Assembly (NCBI GenBank): GCA_020536535.1
Contig: JAHLWZ010000231.1
Location: 1-64,000 of the forward strand
Direction: 5' to 3'
Source: Pelomyxa schiedti
Lineage: Eukaryota; Protista; Evosea
DNA: 64,000 bases
The notes under the pieces are model-generated. The model was given only the letters and a program-made list of their open reading frames with translations, was not told where the DNA came from and searched no databases. Each line of letters starts with the position of its first letter. Positions within the stretch are counted from its first letter, which is position 1. Positions 47,810 to 59,521 of this stretch are shown here, in pieces. The position numbers and the translations under genes are program-made.

Positions 47810-49727
47810 ATGGCGGCTGTGGGGGTGTCAACGGGTGGTGCGGCGAGTGACGCGACGCCGATGGACGACAAGGCCAAGTGGGTAGATTTAAACAAAGTCG
47901 TTGGGCGCTACGGTCCTTTGGCTGGCCCGGTATTACTGGTTTTTTTTTTTTTTTTGAGGCCTTTTTTTTCTCGCCACACACCCCCTTTTTTTTCAGCTTT
48001 TGTCCTTATGGTTGTCAGGATTTTCAAGTGGAAGGTGCGTTGCAAAGATTGCATGACTTCCCTGTTCTTGTGGTAAGCCTATTTGTTGTCACTTATGTTA
48101 TTTTACTTGTTGTGCAGGTTGGAGCAGGCGGGCTTGGGTGTGAGCTTCTCAAGGACTTGGCTTTATCAGGTTTTTGCAACATACACGTGATCGATATGGA
48201 TACGATTGAGGTTCAACTTCTTAATGCTTCATTGCCCTTAATCTTGCAAATACACAGTATTCGAACTTGAACAGACAATTTTTATTCAGGTACTCACCCG
48301 TTTCATTCTCAATACACTTAATAAGGTACAGGGCAACAGATGTAAAACGTCCTAAGGCCACTGTGGCTGCAGAGTTTATAAACAGGTGGGCGTTTTATCT
48401 ATCTATAATAAGGGTGGACGCGGCTTTACAATTAAGCCTTAGAAATTATCTACACTTCGTCCCAGGCGTATCACGGGAGCAAATGTAGTTCCACATGTAT
48501 GCATGCTGCAGAGCAAGCCAGCTTCCTTTTATAAACAATTTAAACTCGTAATTTCCGGCTTGGACTCTATTCCTGCTCGCAGGCATGTTCATCCATTTTG
48601 TTCAACTGAATAACTTCCTACAGGTGGCTAAATGCCATGCTGTGCAGTCTTGTAGAACGGGACTCTGAAGGAAACGTTGATCCTTTTACAATCATTCCTC
48701 TTATTGACGGTGGCACGGAAGGGTTCAAAGGTCACGCAAGGGTCATTCTTCCATACATCACTGCCTGCTTTGAGTGCGCCATTGACGCCTTTCCCCCACA
48801 GGTAGATTCAGGTTCTTTGCACTTGTATTTACTTATTCTCCAGACGAAATACCCTATCTGTACTATAGCGTCAGAGCCACGTCTTCCGGAACACTGCATT
48901 GAGTGGGCGTCACAGGTAAATACCCCTCGCCAGCCCCAACACTTATTTTCTTCATAGATAGCATGGAAAAGCCCCGACTTCCCGAAACCCTTCCCCCCAG
49001 GTACCAAGCTTGACGCTGATGATCCACAACACATAAGTTGGGTTTACGAACAAGCACTTGCGAGAGCCACAGAAAAAGGGATATCGGGTGTAACATTGGT
49101 GTGCAGTTTTGCTACCTGTCAATTACTTAGTTCTTCACAGAGGCTTACATTGGGAGTGTGCAAAAACATCGTGCCAGCCATTGCTTCAACTAATGCAATC
49201 ATCTCTGGTATCTATTTGTCTTGTTCATAATATTCGACTGCACTCACCACTTTTCCAAGCTGCCTGCGCAAACGAAGCTCTGAAGTTTGCCACTTCGTGC
49301 TCACAGTCACTTGAAAACTACATGATGTACAATGGAGGCGTTGGCGTGTATACCTACACATTCGAGTACACGAAAAAAGAAAACTGCCTAGCCTGTGGAT
49401 CCAAAACGTATTCCGGCCCCATTCTCTCATCCCTCACTCACACCATGTAGTGCACTGTACACCATACCTAGAACCACAAAGTTGGCGGAGCTTATTGAGC
49501 AGCTGCGAACTGACCCGCGGCTCCAAATGCAATCACCAAGCCTTATTATTCCCGGGGGAGGGATGCTCTTCATGCAAAGCCCAGAGCCTCTGAGGGAGGC
49601 CACGCTGCCAAACTTGGAGAAGACACTGGAGCAGTTGCTCGGAGCCACCGGCAATGATGACGTCAGCGTCAGCGATCCCTCACTGCCCTCCCTCAACCTC
49701 AGGCTTTCAGTGCAGTTCTCAGACTGA
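47810..49727 (+). CDS. UBA3: NEDD8-activating enzyme E1 catalytic subunit
   Basis: [80 protein letters not shown] (catalytic Cys), [14 protein letters not shown]-terminal E2-binding domain. Confidence 0.95.
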
Positions 49728-49770
49728 GAACGAAGGCACAGCACCAAATGATCGGATGAGTGACTTGCTT

Positions 49771-49847
49771 CCTTTTTTTTTTTCTGACGAGAGGAGAAAA
49801 GAAAAACCCTGAAGCGTTTAACCTGCCCAAATTGCAAATTGAAGAAA
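49771..49847 (+). repeat. ~77-bp dispersed repeat, copy 1
   Basis: cc(t)n ctgacgagaggagaaaagaaaaaccctgaagcgtttaacctgcccaaattgcaaattgaagaaa, repeated at 51651-51726 with 2 substitutions. Confidence 0.85.
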
Positions 49848-50734
49848 CTACCACCAAAAAACCCCATCAACCAACTTGGCATCATCATTAAAAAAAAACT
49901 GGGAACTTACAACTAAAAAACTTGGGAACTTACAACAAAAAAAAACTAACAACAAAAAAAAAGACGGTAGTCACGTGCCGATAGTCACGTGCCGATACAC
50001 ACTGTTCTTTTACTCAGCTACAGCCACAACAGTTCTGTTTTCCTACATAAATGGGGGTGGTTGCAAGTGCTCACGCTTTGTGCCGCTGCCACCAATATGG
50101 CTGCCGCTATTGGGATGATTCACTTTTGAAGGTTCTGGTTGGGCTCCTTTTTTTTTCCCTCCTCTTTGGTGGGGAGGGAAAGTAAAGTCCCAGGCAGCCT
50201 CCAAATTGCCTCAGTCCATTTGGCTGCTGCTGATTGATGACCAGCGGGCTCAGCTTGCTGCTGTCTCTCTGTCATGCATGCATGCTCCTCTCTCCATCCT
50301 CGTGACATTGTCATCATCGTACTCACAGTCATTTTTTCACTCACTTCTTCCTTCAGTCTCATCATTCATATGCAATCACTTCTTCAACCCCTGTCACAGG
50401 GGGATCAGCTGAACAAACAAGCCAGTTGGGTAACAGGTTTGTCAGACCTGTGTTCCAGTGGGATCACATTCTGGTGCCCACGTGCCTGTGCCGAATAGTA
50501 TTTGTTTACGTGTCGTGGGATTGGGCGCTGCTTGTGCTTTGTCGAGATGAACAACCGACCCAGCGTTTGTTTGGCATAATCCCCCCCCTCAGGTGGATTG
50601 ATTTCGCATCTTTTCGCTTGGCCATCACATGGCCATGCACATACAATCACATACATGGGCACCATCATCATCATCTCTCAGGGTTCCACCCACCACCATT
50701 TGTCACATTTTTTCGTCATCATCTTCATTCAGGT

Positions 50735-50760
50735 CAAATCAAATCAAATCAAATCAAATC
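50735..50760 (+). repeat. (CAAAT)n microsatellite
   Basis: caaatcaaatcaaatcaaatcaaatc. Confidence 0.85.
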
Positions 50761-51650
50761 ACTCACCAACAGCCAATCCATCATCCATCCATCAATCATC
50801 GCTTGGTTGCTTTGGTTGCAAGTGCTCACACTTGGGATGCTTCACTTTTGCAACCTACACTTCCATACCAGAAATGTCCACTTCTGTACCCATGGAAACA
50901 ATGGGAGTACTCATTCCAAAAAATGTAAATGAAATGAATGTGCTAATTGTAAATTGTTTTATTATGGGTGGATCATGGGAACACAGAAGCAATGGTGTCG
51001 CCCTGTGATGGACCTCAGCATTGCATATTGCTGTCCCATCACACCTGGAAAATTGTTTTTTGACCTCCTGGGTGTTATTTTGCCCTGCAAGACGTTATTT
51101 TGGGAATAAAAGAAAGTGGCCACACAGTTATCCTTGCAGTGGACTGCAGTAGCTCCCAAGGGCACTTGGTTGTTGTCTGCATTATTTTTATGGAGTGGCA
51201 AACAAATTTCACCCTAATCTCATTGAATTCAGTCCTACATTGTGCTGCAGCTTCAAAGCAATCTTTTTTTCATTAGTCAGCTGCACAAGTAATGAGAATG
51301 CATACCTATTTGAGAGTATGTGATCTCCAAGCAACTCTATTCTGGCCACCATTACAGTTTGCTGCAAACCAGCACTGGCATGATAATCTGGCAATTCTAT
51401 TGAGAGATCCACGCCATTGGGGTGGCATCCAATCATTTCAGCACCCAAGTATTCTCTCTCTTTTGGCGGATTTCTGTTCATTTATTAGGTGGAGATCAAG
51501 AAATTATTCTTACCTGACATGACACCCATGCATTCTTTATCTCTCACAACAATGACTTAGGCAATGTGGGCAATAACACACTGCACTGAAGTCCCAAAGA
51601 AGCCCACAAGTCCATTCTCTGGTGACCGGCGGTGCGGTGTTCTGGGTGGA

Positions 51651-51726
51651 CCTTTTTTTTTTCTGACGAGAGGAGAAAAGAAAAACCCTGAAGCGTTCAA
51701 CTTGCCCAAATTGCAAATTGAAGAAA
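51651..51726 (+). repeat. ~77-bp dispersed repeat, copy 2
   Basis: Direct repeat of 49771-49847. Confidence 0.85.
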
Positions 51727-51977
51727 AATAAAAAAAAAAGAATTTTTGACGAAAACTGATGATGGTATAGTGTCGTTTCCCAGGGATGAAGAAAGAGAGC
51801 AAACAAAGTTAGTTAGTCCGCTTATTGCTGTGGTCGGTTTGTACTCACGAGTTTTTCCCCGCTTTTGTTTTTGTTGCTTGTGGTTGGGTGCATTTCCTTT
51901 TCTTCTCTCCCGCCCTTTTTTTTTCTTTCTCCCTTTGTTCTATACCCATTTTCTATGTTAGTTTTGTTGACTGTGCT

Positions 51978-53120
51978 ATGGCTGCGATGGACGAGATTAC
52001 ACGAGACAATCACGGGTGCTCATTTGTTGATGGACAAGAAATGTATACACAAGTTGTGTCATGGTTCAAGACCGGAGACAAGGAGTCTTTATTGACAGAA
52101 GCCGAGGAAAGGGATATTGACACAGGGTGGTGTGGGACCTTGGGGGATTGTGTAGTTTCGCTCTTCCATGGGGTTCTAAAGGAGCCGCTTTACCCACTTA
52201 TGACTTTGCTTGTCATTCCTATCATGCACGAGGCAAGTGGTCCAAAGCAGATGGATATTCACCAGATTTTCGAGAGCGGTGTTCAGTTTGCTAGAGATGA
52301 TCCTGCTCAGGATGCAATCATGGACTGCTTTTTTCAGAGGGATGACGGTATACTAGAAGTCGCTTTCACAAGGTCTAGCACGGCACTCCAAGCACTAATT
52401 GATTGGAATGGCTCTGGTACTCCTTGCTGCCTGAAATCGAGGATTCCTCACCCTGCAGTCACAATGTTACCACTATCCCGAGAAGAACAGATCCCACACC
52501 TGCAAGATCTCGAAGCTCTAGGCACACAGGAGAGGCACTATAAAGCTTCCGAAGCTCAGGATATACTCTTCATGCACGGGATGTCAACAGAACCTAAGGT
52601 CCTGATCACGGTCGAAACTCGGCTTCTTTTAATGACACAGTAAGCCGGGCTTAACTTTAAGTTTGTCTGAAAGTTTTTTTTTTTACCTAGGCACAATCCA
52701 TCTTTGAACCACATACCTAACATGGAGATAGTTCATGGATACTTACCGGTACCTCCAAAGCCAACAGCAGCTGTTGGTAAGTGTTCTCAAAAACGAAAAA
52801 AAAGTTGTCTTGGATAAATTGACAAAAAAAAGGTTTTCTGAGGCGAGCAATTGACAAGATCACTGAAGAGTATTCATCCACCGGAATAAAGTACATCCTA
52901 GGGTGAGTTTCAAAAATAACTGTAGATTTTAATTTGTATCTAAATCTCTACTAGGAATAATCAGGCGTTTTTACAACAACTTTGCCACCTCGAGAACAAT
53001 GATGATACCCTGATGGCAACTTATCAGGCGGCCACCGAAGATACTGGCTCAAAATTGCTTGGGAGCGTTCAGCTGACACCAAAAGATAGTGACCTACGAT
53101 CAATACAGGCGGCTGTATGA
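51978..53120 (+). CDS. Hypothetical protein (4 exons)
   Basis: ATG 51978, long first exon. Three GT-AG introns splice in phase to ...DLRSIQAAV* at 53120. No family recognised. Confidence 0.6.
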
Positions 53121-53415
53121 TACTCTCACTGTTTACATAAACAATTCCCGTGCATTAAGATAACCATAAAACAGGTGCAGAGGAGGAATATCTGCTACCA
53201 CAGTGGTGCCCAGCCGGCGGTCCTGTATGGTTACTTGTGCGCCCTCTGCCATCGCCACTACAATGCCAAGGCAGAAGCACATGGCTCACCAGCAATAGTA
53301 GTAGCAATTTCCACCAACCACGAGCACTGTTCCAAAGCCAAACGCACTTAGAAGCAACACCCCAACAACATTCACAAGGATTTATCCATGCAACCAAAAT
53401 TTTTTTGATTTGCCG

Positions 53416-54407
53416 ATGACAACGAAAAGAGAAGAGACGATGGAGGGCCGCGAAGTTTTGACAGCTCCTGAGTCCATCAACCTGCGTCACGATTGGGAAT
53501 TTTCGGGTAGGAGGAACGATGGCCTTTCGGAATCATAAAATGCATAAAAAAAACAACCGAGGCCAGTGAACACACACACACAAGCACAACACACAGTTAT
53601 TAAAATAAATAACTATCAAAGAGTACTCTTTAAAGATGGGGGTACTGAACCACACCGCGATCAACCACCGACCTAGCCGTAAAGCAGAAAAAGCAGCCCT
53701 ACTCGCCCACGCCGCGATCTCATTCTCTGGCAACCGACACAAACGATGCTGCGGGAAAAGCCAGTGGTGCATCTGGATCTGCTTCTAATGCTGCAGCTCA
53801 GAGACCGCGGGATGACGCCTCGATGTTTGACCTTCCAGTTCCGCGGTTGCGAACAACAGGGGGCAAGGAGGTGATACAGATTTACCATTTGAAACGCATC
53901 ACACCAGGTTTGGCTTTTTCTCCCTTGTGTGGCTGGTGGGAGGGCAATGTGATATACTACAGGCTTCATTAACTCAAATTCCCATAAGGACCAACTGTGG
54001 CAGCAGTTGAGAGGCAACATAAACCATCCTCCGCACCTCAAGTGGAATCCACTACGCTCTACGCAAAGAAACCACCAAAACCCTGGATGAAAGTAATCAC
54101 CGCAATCATCTCCGCTCTTGTGGCCATTTGCTTGTGGCTGTGGGCTCGTGCCAAGGTCTGGATTCCCCGCATAGTATCCAAGCTCAGGCCCCGCAAAGCC
54201 CAGCCAATACAAGTCAAAGGAGTCCCAATCCCGGGTGGTGTCAGGAAAACGGGATTCGCACCACCTATGCCCAAGACAACAAACACCAATGCACCCACAA
54301 AATTCACACCACATGCTGCTCCCTCATCCCCTGGTTCTTCGTTTGAAATGGCTGCATCAGCTTCCATGCCCACATTCAGGACAAACTTGTTGAACTCCAC
54401 CTCGTAA
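53416..54407 (+). CDS. Hypothetical single-pass membrane protein
   Basis: Phase-compatible exons (MTTKREETMEGRE..; ..KQPYSPTP..; PTVAAVER..). TM segment VITAIISALVAICLWLW followed by basic residues. Confidence 0.5.
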
Positions 54408-54685
54408 ATACATGAAGAAACCAAGAGAAGAAAAAACAAAACTTTTTTTTCCCTTTTGAGCATTGAGGGTGGCGTTGTCAAAGTTCTAGCGTTACGGAAT
54501 CAAAAATCAGGCCGATTTTGTCCTGTTTCCAAATTTCCTCAAAGTGCCTCTTTGCACACATGAATGAAACAAACACGGTCCTTCCATCTTTTACTGCAAA
54601 GCACTGCAAAAACCTGTTCAGGAAGGTAATTGTTTTTTTTTGGTTGTAAGTCAACTAAAATTCAATAATATAATGTAATAGGCTA

Positions 54686-57034
54686 TTACTTCATGGGTGT
54701 GGCAGACTCCTTGTTACTCAATATGTAGGTCAATTCTTTTGCTGGGACACCAACTAACTGTGTGTCACGGGTAGAAAATTGTTTGGCAGAGCCGAAGGAG
54801 GCACTCTGTTTGTATGTGTTTGTTGGCAGTAAACCAGCGGGGGTGGAACAAGTACCTGGAGTTTGACTTGCTCCTTTATCTGTTTCATCAAATCTTTGGT
54901 AGCAAATAAGAAGCTGGAGAAACCCAAGCATTTTTGAATATTTGGAAAACGAGTTGGAGAGAAGAGCGGGGGGGAAAAAAGAGAGATGACTGTTGTGGTA
55001 CGTACCATCAAGTGAAGGTGGGTGGATGCCCAACTTAGAAAAGTCCTTCACAATGACATTGAGATTTGGAGGCTCACTGAGAGATTCATGCTTTCCTATA
55101 AACGATACAGTTGTACCTCGGAATCCTTTTATAGAAGATTACCATTAAGAGTGCAAATTAATACTACCTTCTTCAATGTCATAGTTAGACGGAAAAGGAA
55201 TAGACAAGCCTATCACATGGGTTTAGTGGAAGGCTTGAACTGGAATTCTGACCATAATGAAGATTATTGTAGGTTGTCATCTGGTCGACATCATCATCTT
55301 CAGCAATCCAATTGAAGCTGTTCAATACACGAGAACATAAACCAGTAACAATGTCACAAGAGCTCGTGCTTCCAAAAGTGAGTGTGAATGCTTTATTCCC
55401 TTGAATTGCCCACCACTTTTTCATGGTTGTTGTTAGTGCTAAGAATTAGTTTGGTGGCATACTTGCATGAAGTGGTGCCCTTCAGCCAAGAGAGACGTGT
55501 CGAATGTAGATGCCATTCCTTGAATTCCATTGACGTTCACATCTGTGATATTAAGCTGACTTACCTGTTGTAGTTAGAAAAGAGCTTCTCGCTCAGTCAC
55601 CAAACCTGCATTTGGTCATACTGCATTGTAATAAGTCTAGGTGATGGTTAAAACGATCTGTTCATGCTAATCAAAAATACCTCGTGTACTGATTAAGAGA
55701 AAGTGGTGCAGCTAATTGTGATACATGAATGGATATTTTTATCAACACTCCAACATCATGTGGATCAGTGCTTAATGAGACAACTGATTTGAAGTCTGCA
55801 ACTATTTTGTCACAACAATCTGAATGAAAAATAAGGGTTAAATAATAACATTTCCAACCTCCCTTCACAAAAAAAAAAAATACTTGTATCCAAATCTGCT
55901 TTAATTTGGTTAGGCCAACCCTCAGGTACTCGGATCATGAACATATTCTCAAGGTTGTAGTAAGGTACGAGGTTAAAACTGGTCCACAGAGGTTTATATC
56001 TTTGCTTGACATCGGAAAGATCTAGTGAGGAAATGCATTCCTTGGCAAGCTCCAGGTGCCTCTGAAAGTCACTTGGACTATCTGGAGTTACATTCGAGGA
56101 AACAGCAATATATGTCAATATGAAGGCTTGGTCATGCTTCACGGTCCAAGCCTTGATAGGTAGGATGATAGTAAGTTGATATTTTCCATTGTTGCATATA
56201 ACGTTACCTGGTAGAATCCAATGGTAAGGCCCTCGTCAGGCTCGTCAGAAAAGTAAATACTGCAGTGGCCTGATTGTCCACCCAAGGAAATATCATCAAT
56301 GTCAACCTGGTAACAGCCAGTCAATGAATTTTGAAAAGAGGCACAGGAAACCTTATGGCCAAGCATTGCCTCCAAGTTTGCTTGTGAAAACTTTGTGAAG
56401 TCATTGAGGACCATAGGATTTCCTATTACAAGACGTGGGAAACACACAACAACACACAACAAAACAACAACAACAACAAAAAAAAAAAAAAAAAAGCAAA
56501 ATAGCAGCAAACAAAAGACAAAGCACAATAGACCCACAATGTATAATTACATTACACCAGTGGGCCCTCCAACCAAAACCCAAACAACCAAGTTCGGTGC
56601 GTACCCGTCAAGTCCTCGATCGTCACCGACACCCTTGGCGCCCTCGCGTACCTCGTCGCGAACTCCTCGTCCTCGTCCATGGCCCCTTCCCCGTCCCCGT
56701 CCCCGTCCCCTCCCTCCGTCTCTGCTCCCGCCTCCGCCTCCGCCTCCGCCCCTGCCGCTTTCTCCCGCTCCACATCCCCATCTCCGAGCCCATCGGCCAC
56801 GCACGACGCCGCGCTCAGTCCCCCGCCGCCGCCGCTGATGCCGTCACCCGACGCGGTCGAGGTTGCGCTGGGGGCTGGGCCCACGAGCACGAACTCGACC
56901 GAGTCCCCTGCTGGGTTGTCGCGCACCTCGCGAAGCCGCCAGCTCGCGGGCCGCCGCAGCTTGTACCCTACCGCGGGCCTCGTGTACCACGTGGTTGTGG
57001 CCGTCGTTGACGATGTGTCGCGGCTGTCACTCAT
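54686..57034 (-). CDS. Protein with tandem PsbP/DcrB-like (Mog1p/PsbP fold) domains
   Basis: Repeated Y....GY.L..P..W ... VSVTIEDL ... Q.W..K...AF.LT[YF] ... I..S pattern (YTRPAVGYKLRRPASW / FYQAWTVKHDQAFILTY; YYNLENMFMIRVPEGW / FMQWWAIQGNKAFTLTF). Confidence 0.55.
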
Positions 57035-57889
57035 AATGATGACCGAGGGGAATGGGGAAAAAAAGGAAAAAGGAGTGTTGTTCAATCTTGTTGCGAGAAG
57101 AGTCTCATCACTGTCAAGTATCTCCACAGATTCAACAGTCGTTGTGAAAACGACATCAATTCTAGCCGCGTTGTGCCATGGACCACAACCTTGATTACTT
57201 GGGGCACACAGAACAGACAGTGTGGATGCTGGTTGTTGCTATAGCCACTCTGAAGTCTAACTGGCCCCAGTTTGGGAGGTGGGAGCCCAGATTGGGCCCC
57301 ACTCTGGAAAAAACCCCCGCTTTGGCCAATTTGGAGCTTTTTCCACGGGGTCCAAATTGGGGGGGTCACTTTTTTTTGTTCTTAGGCGTGGGTGTAGTTT
57401 GGGAGGTGGGGTGCTGGGGCAGCATGTGTAGCCAGAGCCAGGGGTCCCAGGAGCACATGAAAGGATGCAGGAGAAAGGGGCTGGGGCTGGCATACTGCAC
57501 AGCACCTGGTTAGAAAGTGTGAGAACTCGAAAAAGAAAAACAGAGAAGATACCTGAAGTAAATCAAAACATACCACACACACAGTAGGATGTAGGAGTGA
57601 GGAAGCGGTGAGGGAGGCCAGGTCCAGCCACAGTATGTCATGCCATCCACACCTGCAAAATGGAGTTAGCAGAGTTGGGAAGAAGAAGAACAAGGTACCT
57701 TGATGTTATTCAGCTGTGGCTCCATCATTCCGGTTATCTGTCAGCATGTTAGCGGAGCCAATGATGGGTAAGGATATACCAGGGGCCAGGTCCGACTGAA
57801 GTCCACTTTGGAATCAGTGCTGTGCTCTCCACGTGACGGCCCAGATGCTAAGAAGCTGCAGCAACAACTGCTGGAATATTAGTCGACAA

Positions 57890-58215
57890 TTGGAATACAG
57901 ATAAGGGGGCACCAGACATACTAATATCTGATAGAGGAACCCACTTCTTGAATGATTTGGTGGTTCAAATGAAAACTCTATTCAACATTGAACACCGCAT
58001 AAGTTCAGCGTGCAGCCAAACAAATGGTATGGAGAAAGATTCAATAAGACACTATTGAGCATACTAAATATATGACAATAAGGAATGCTGGGATGAATAC
58101 TTGCAACTCATACTGGCGAGCTACAGATCAAGCCGAAACTCCGTAACAGGTATGTCTCCAGCTTTCCAAATCACCAAGAGAAGCACGCTGGGAAGGACCA
58201 TTTACTATTACGGAA
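57890..58215 (+). mobile_element. Degenerate Ty3/Gypsy integrase fragment (copy 2)
   Basis: GAPDILISDRGTHFLNDLVVQMKTLFNIEHRISSACSQTNGM, frameshift, RFNKTLLSIL, WDEYLQLILASYRSSRNSVTGMSPAF, then RWEGPFTI after an internal deletion. Confidence 0.85.
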
Positions 58216-59521
58216 GGCAGGAGAAAATCTTTATCGGCAGGAAAATGAAAGAGGAGATCAACAACAACCCAAAACACACATACCCAAAGACAACAGTCAG
58301 CATGGCTAAAGGACTATGACTGCACAGGACGATAGTTGTGCGCTATGCCGTGTCCCCAAGGGTAGATCTAGATTGCTGTGACAAAGGCCGTTGGACAGCA
58401 AATATTAATATTAGAGTTGTGGATGCGGTATGTGGACGAGGGTGGTGTTTAGAACAACAAGTGTCAGAGAGCAAGTTCCAAGAATCATCGGGGAACTTGG
58501 TTCGGGACATAGCCGGCCATTCACAGGAACGGCCGGAGCGTTCATTCTAATGGCCTTTCCTTGAATCACCCGCCGTTGTACCACAGAAAGATTGTAAATA
58601 GGAATAATAACAAAAATAATTCTTCTTGATAGACACTATCACGCACACAACTCAAATGGGAACGAGAGTCCTATCACAAGTAGGAGTTGGGGAATTAATT
58701 ACTGTTTTTTGTTGTCACCCTTCTACGTTCTAGTACTTCGATCTACCGTCGTTTCTATCGCCTCCCATCCAAGTTGGCCCAGCGCAACCAAGTTGGTAGT
58801 TTCAGGAAATCGGCACCCTGGTCCAGACCATCTCGGAAAAAACACACCCACTTTTGCCCCACCCATAAAACTAGCGTGTGGCACGCGCTTGTGTCTCCAT
58901 GCTCTGGCATCCGGAATCCTTCTGAGGATTTTTTCGTAAAAAGAATCCTCTGGGATTGGCCAACAAAAAATGAGAAAAAGAAACAAGAACCGGGGAGGTG
59001 GTGGCATAAAACTACGGTTTGTCCCTGGGATGATACATCTGGGGGTCCTGGTTGGGCAACTTCCTGCCTGCCCTTTTTGGTGTGGGGGGGTGCTGTCTCA
59101 ACCAGCCGCCCACTGCCTCAGCCTGGGCAGCAACAGTGGGATGGATGGATGAATATTATTGTGAGCAGCAGCAGGCAGGCAGACAGACAGACAGACAGAC
59201 TGACAAAGATCACCACACACACACACAACACCGCAGTTTGTCACTTCACTCCACCAAACCCTGGGGCACACAGAGGGGAATGGCTTGGCACCCAAGGCTG
59301 AGGTACATGTTTGCTTGACATGGGTGTTGTGACCACAATTGGGCTTGGTGCTTACACCCCATGCATTTTTACTGCATGCCACCACAATTTCCTAGATCCA
59401 TCAGATGTCAGGAAATTGGATTTTTTTTTTGTTGTTCTCTTTTGGCACAAGGCACACAAAATTTGGAGTTGTGTAACTTGGATAACAGGCAAATTGAATA
59501 GAACATAATGATTGAGAGCGA

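Noticed and set aside
51209-51481. Short ORF with KKIALKL, possibly a kinase N-lobe remnant
   Set aside because: No glycine-rich loop, HRD or DFG found nearby; cannot be supported.
58330-59500. Short ORFs and a GCAG/ACAG microsatellite between the integrase relic and the peptidase
   Set aside because: No coherent exon chain, domain motif or LTR pair identified.
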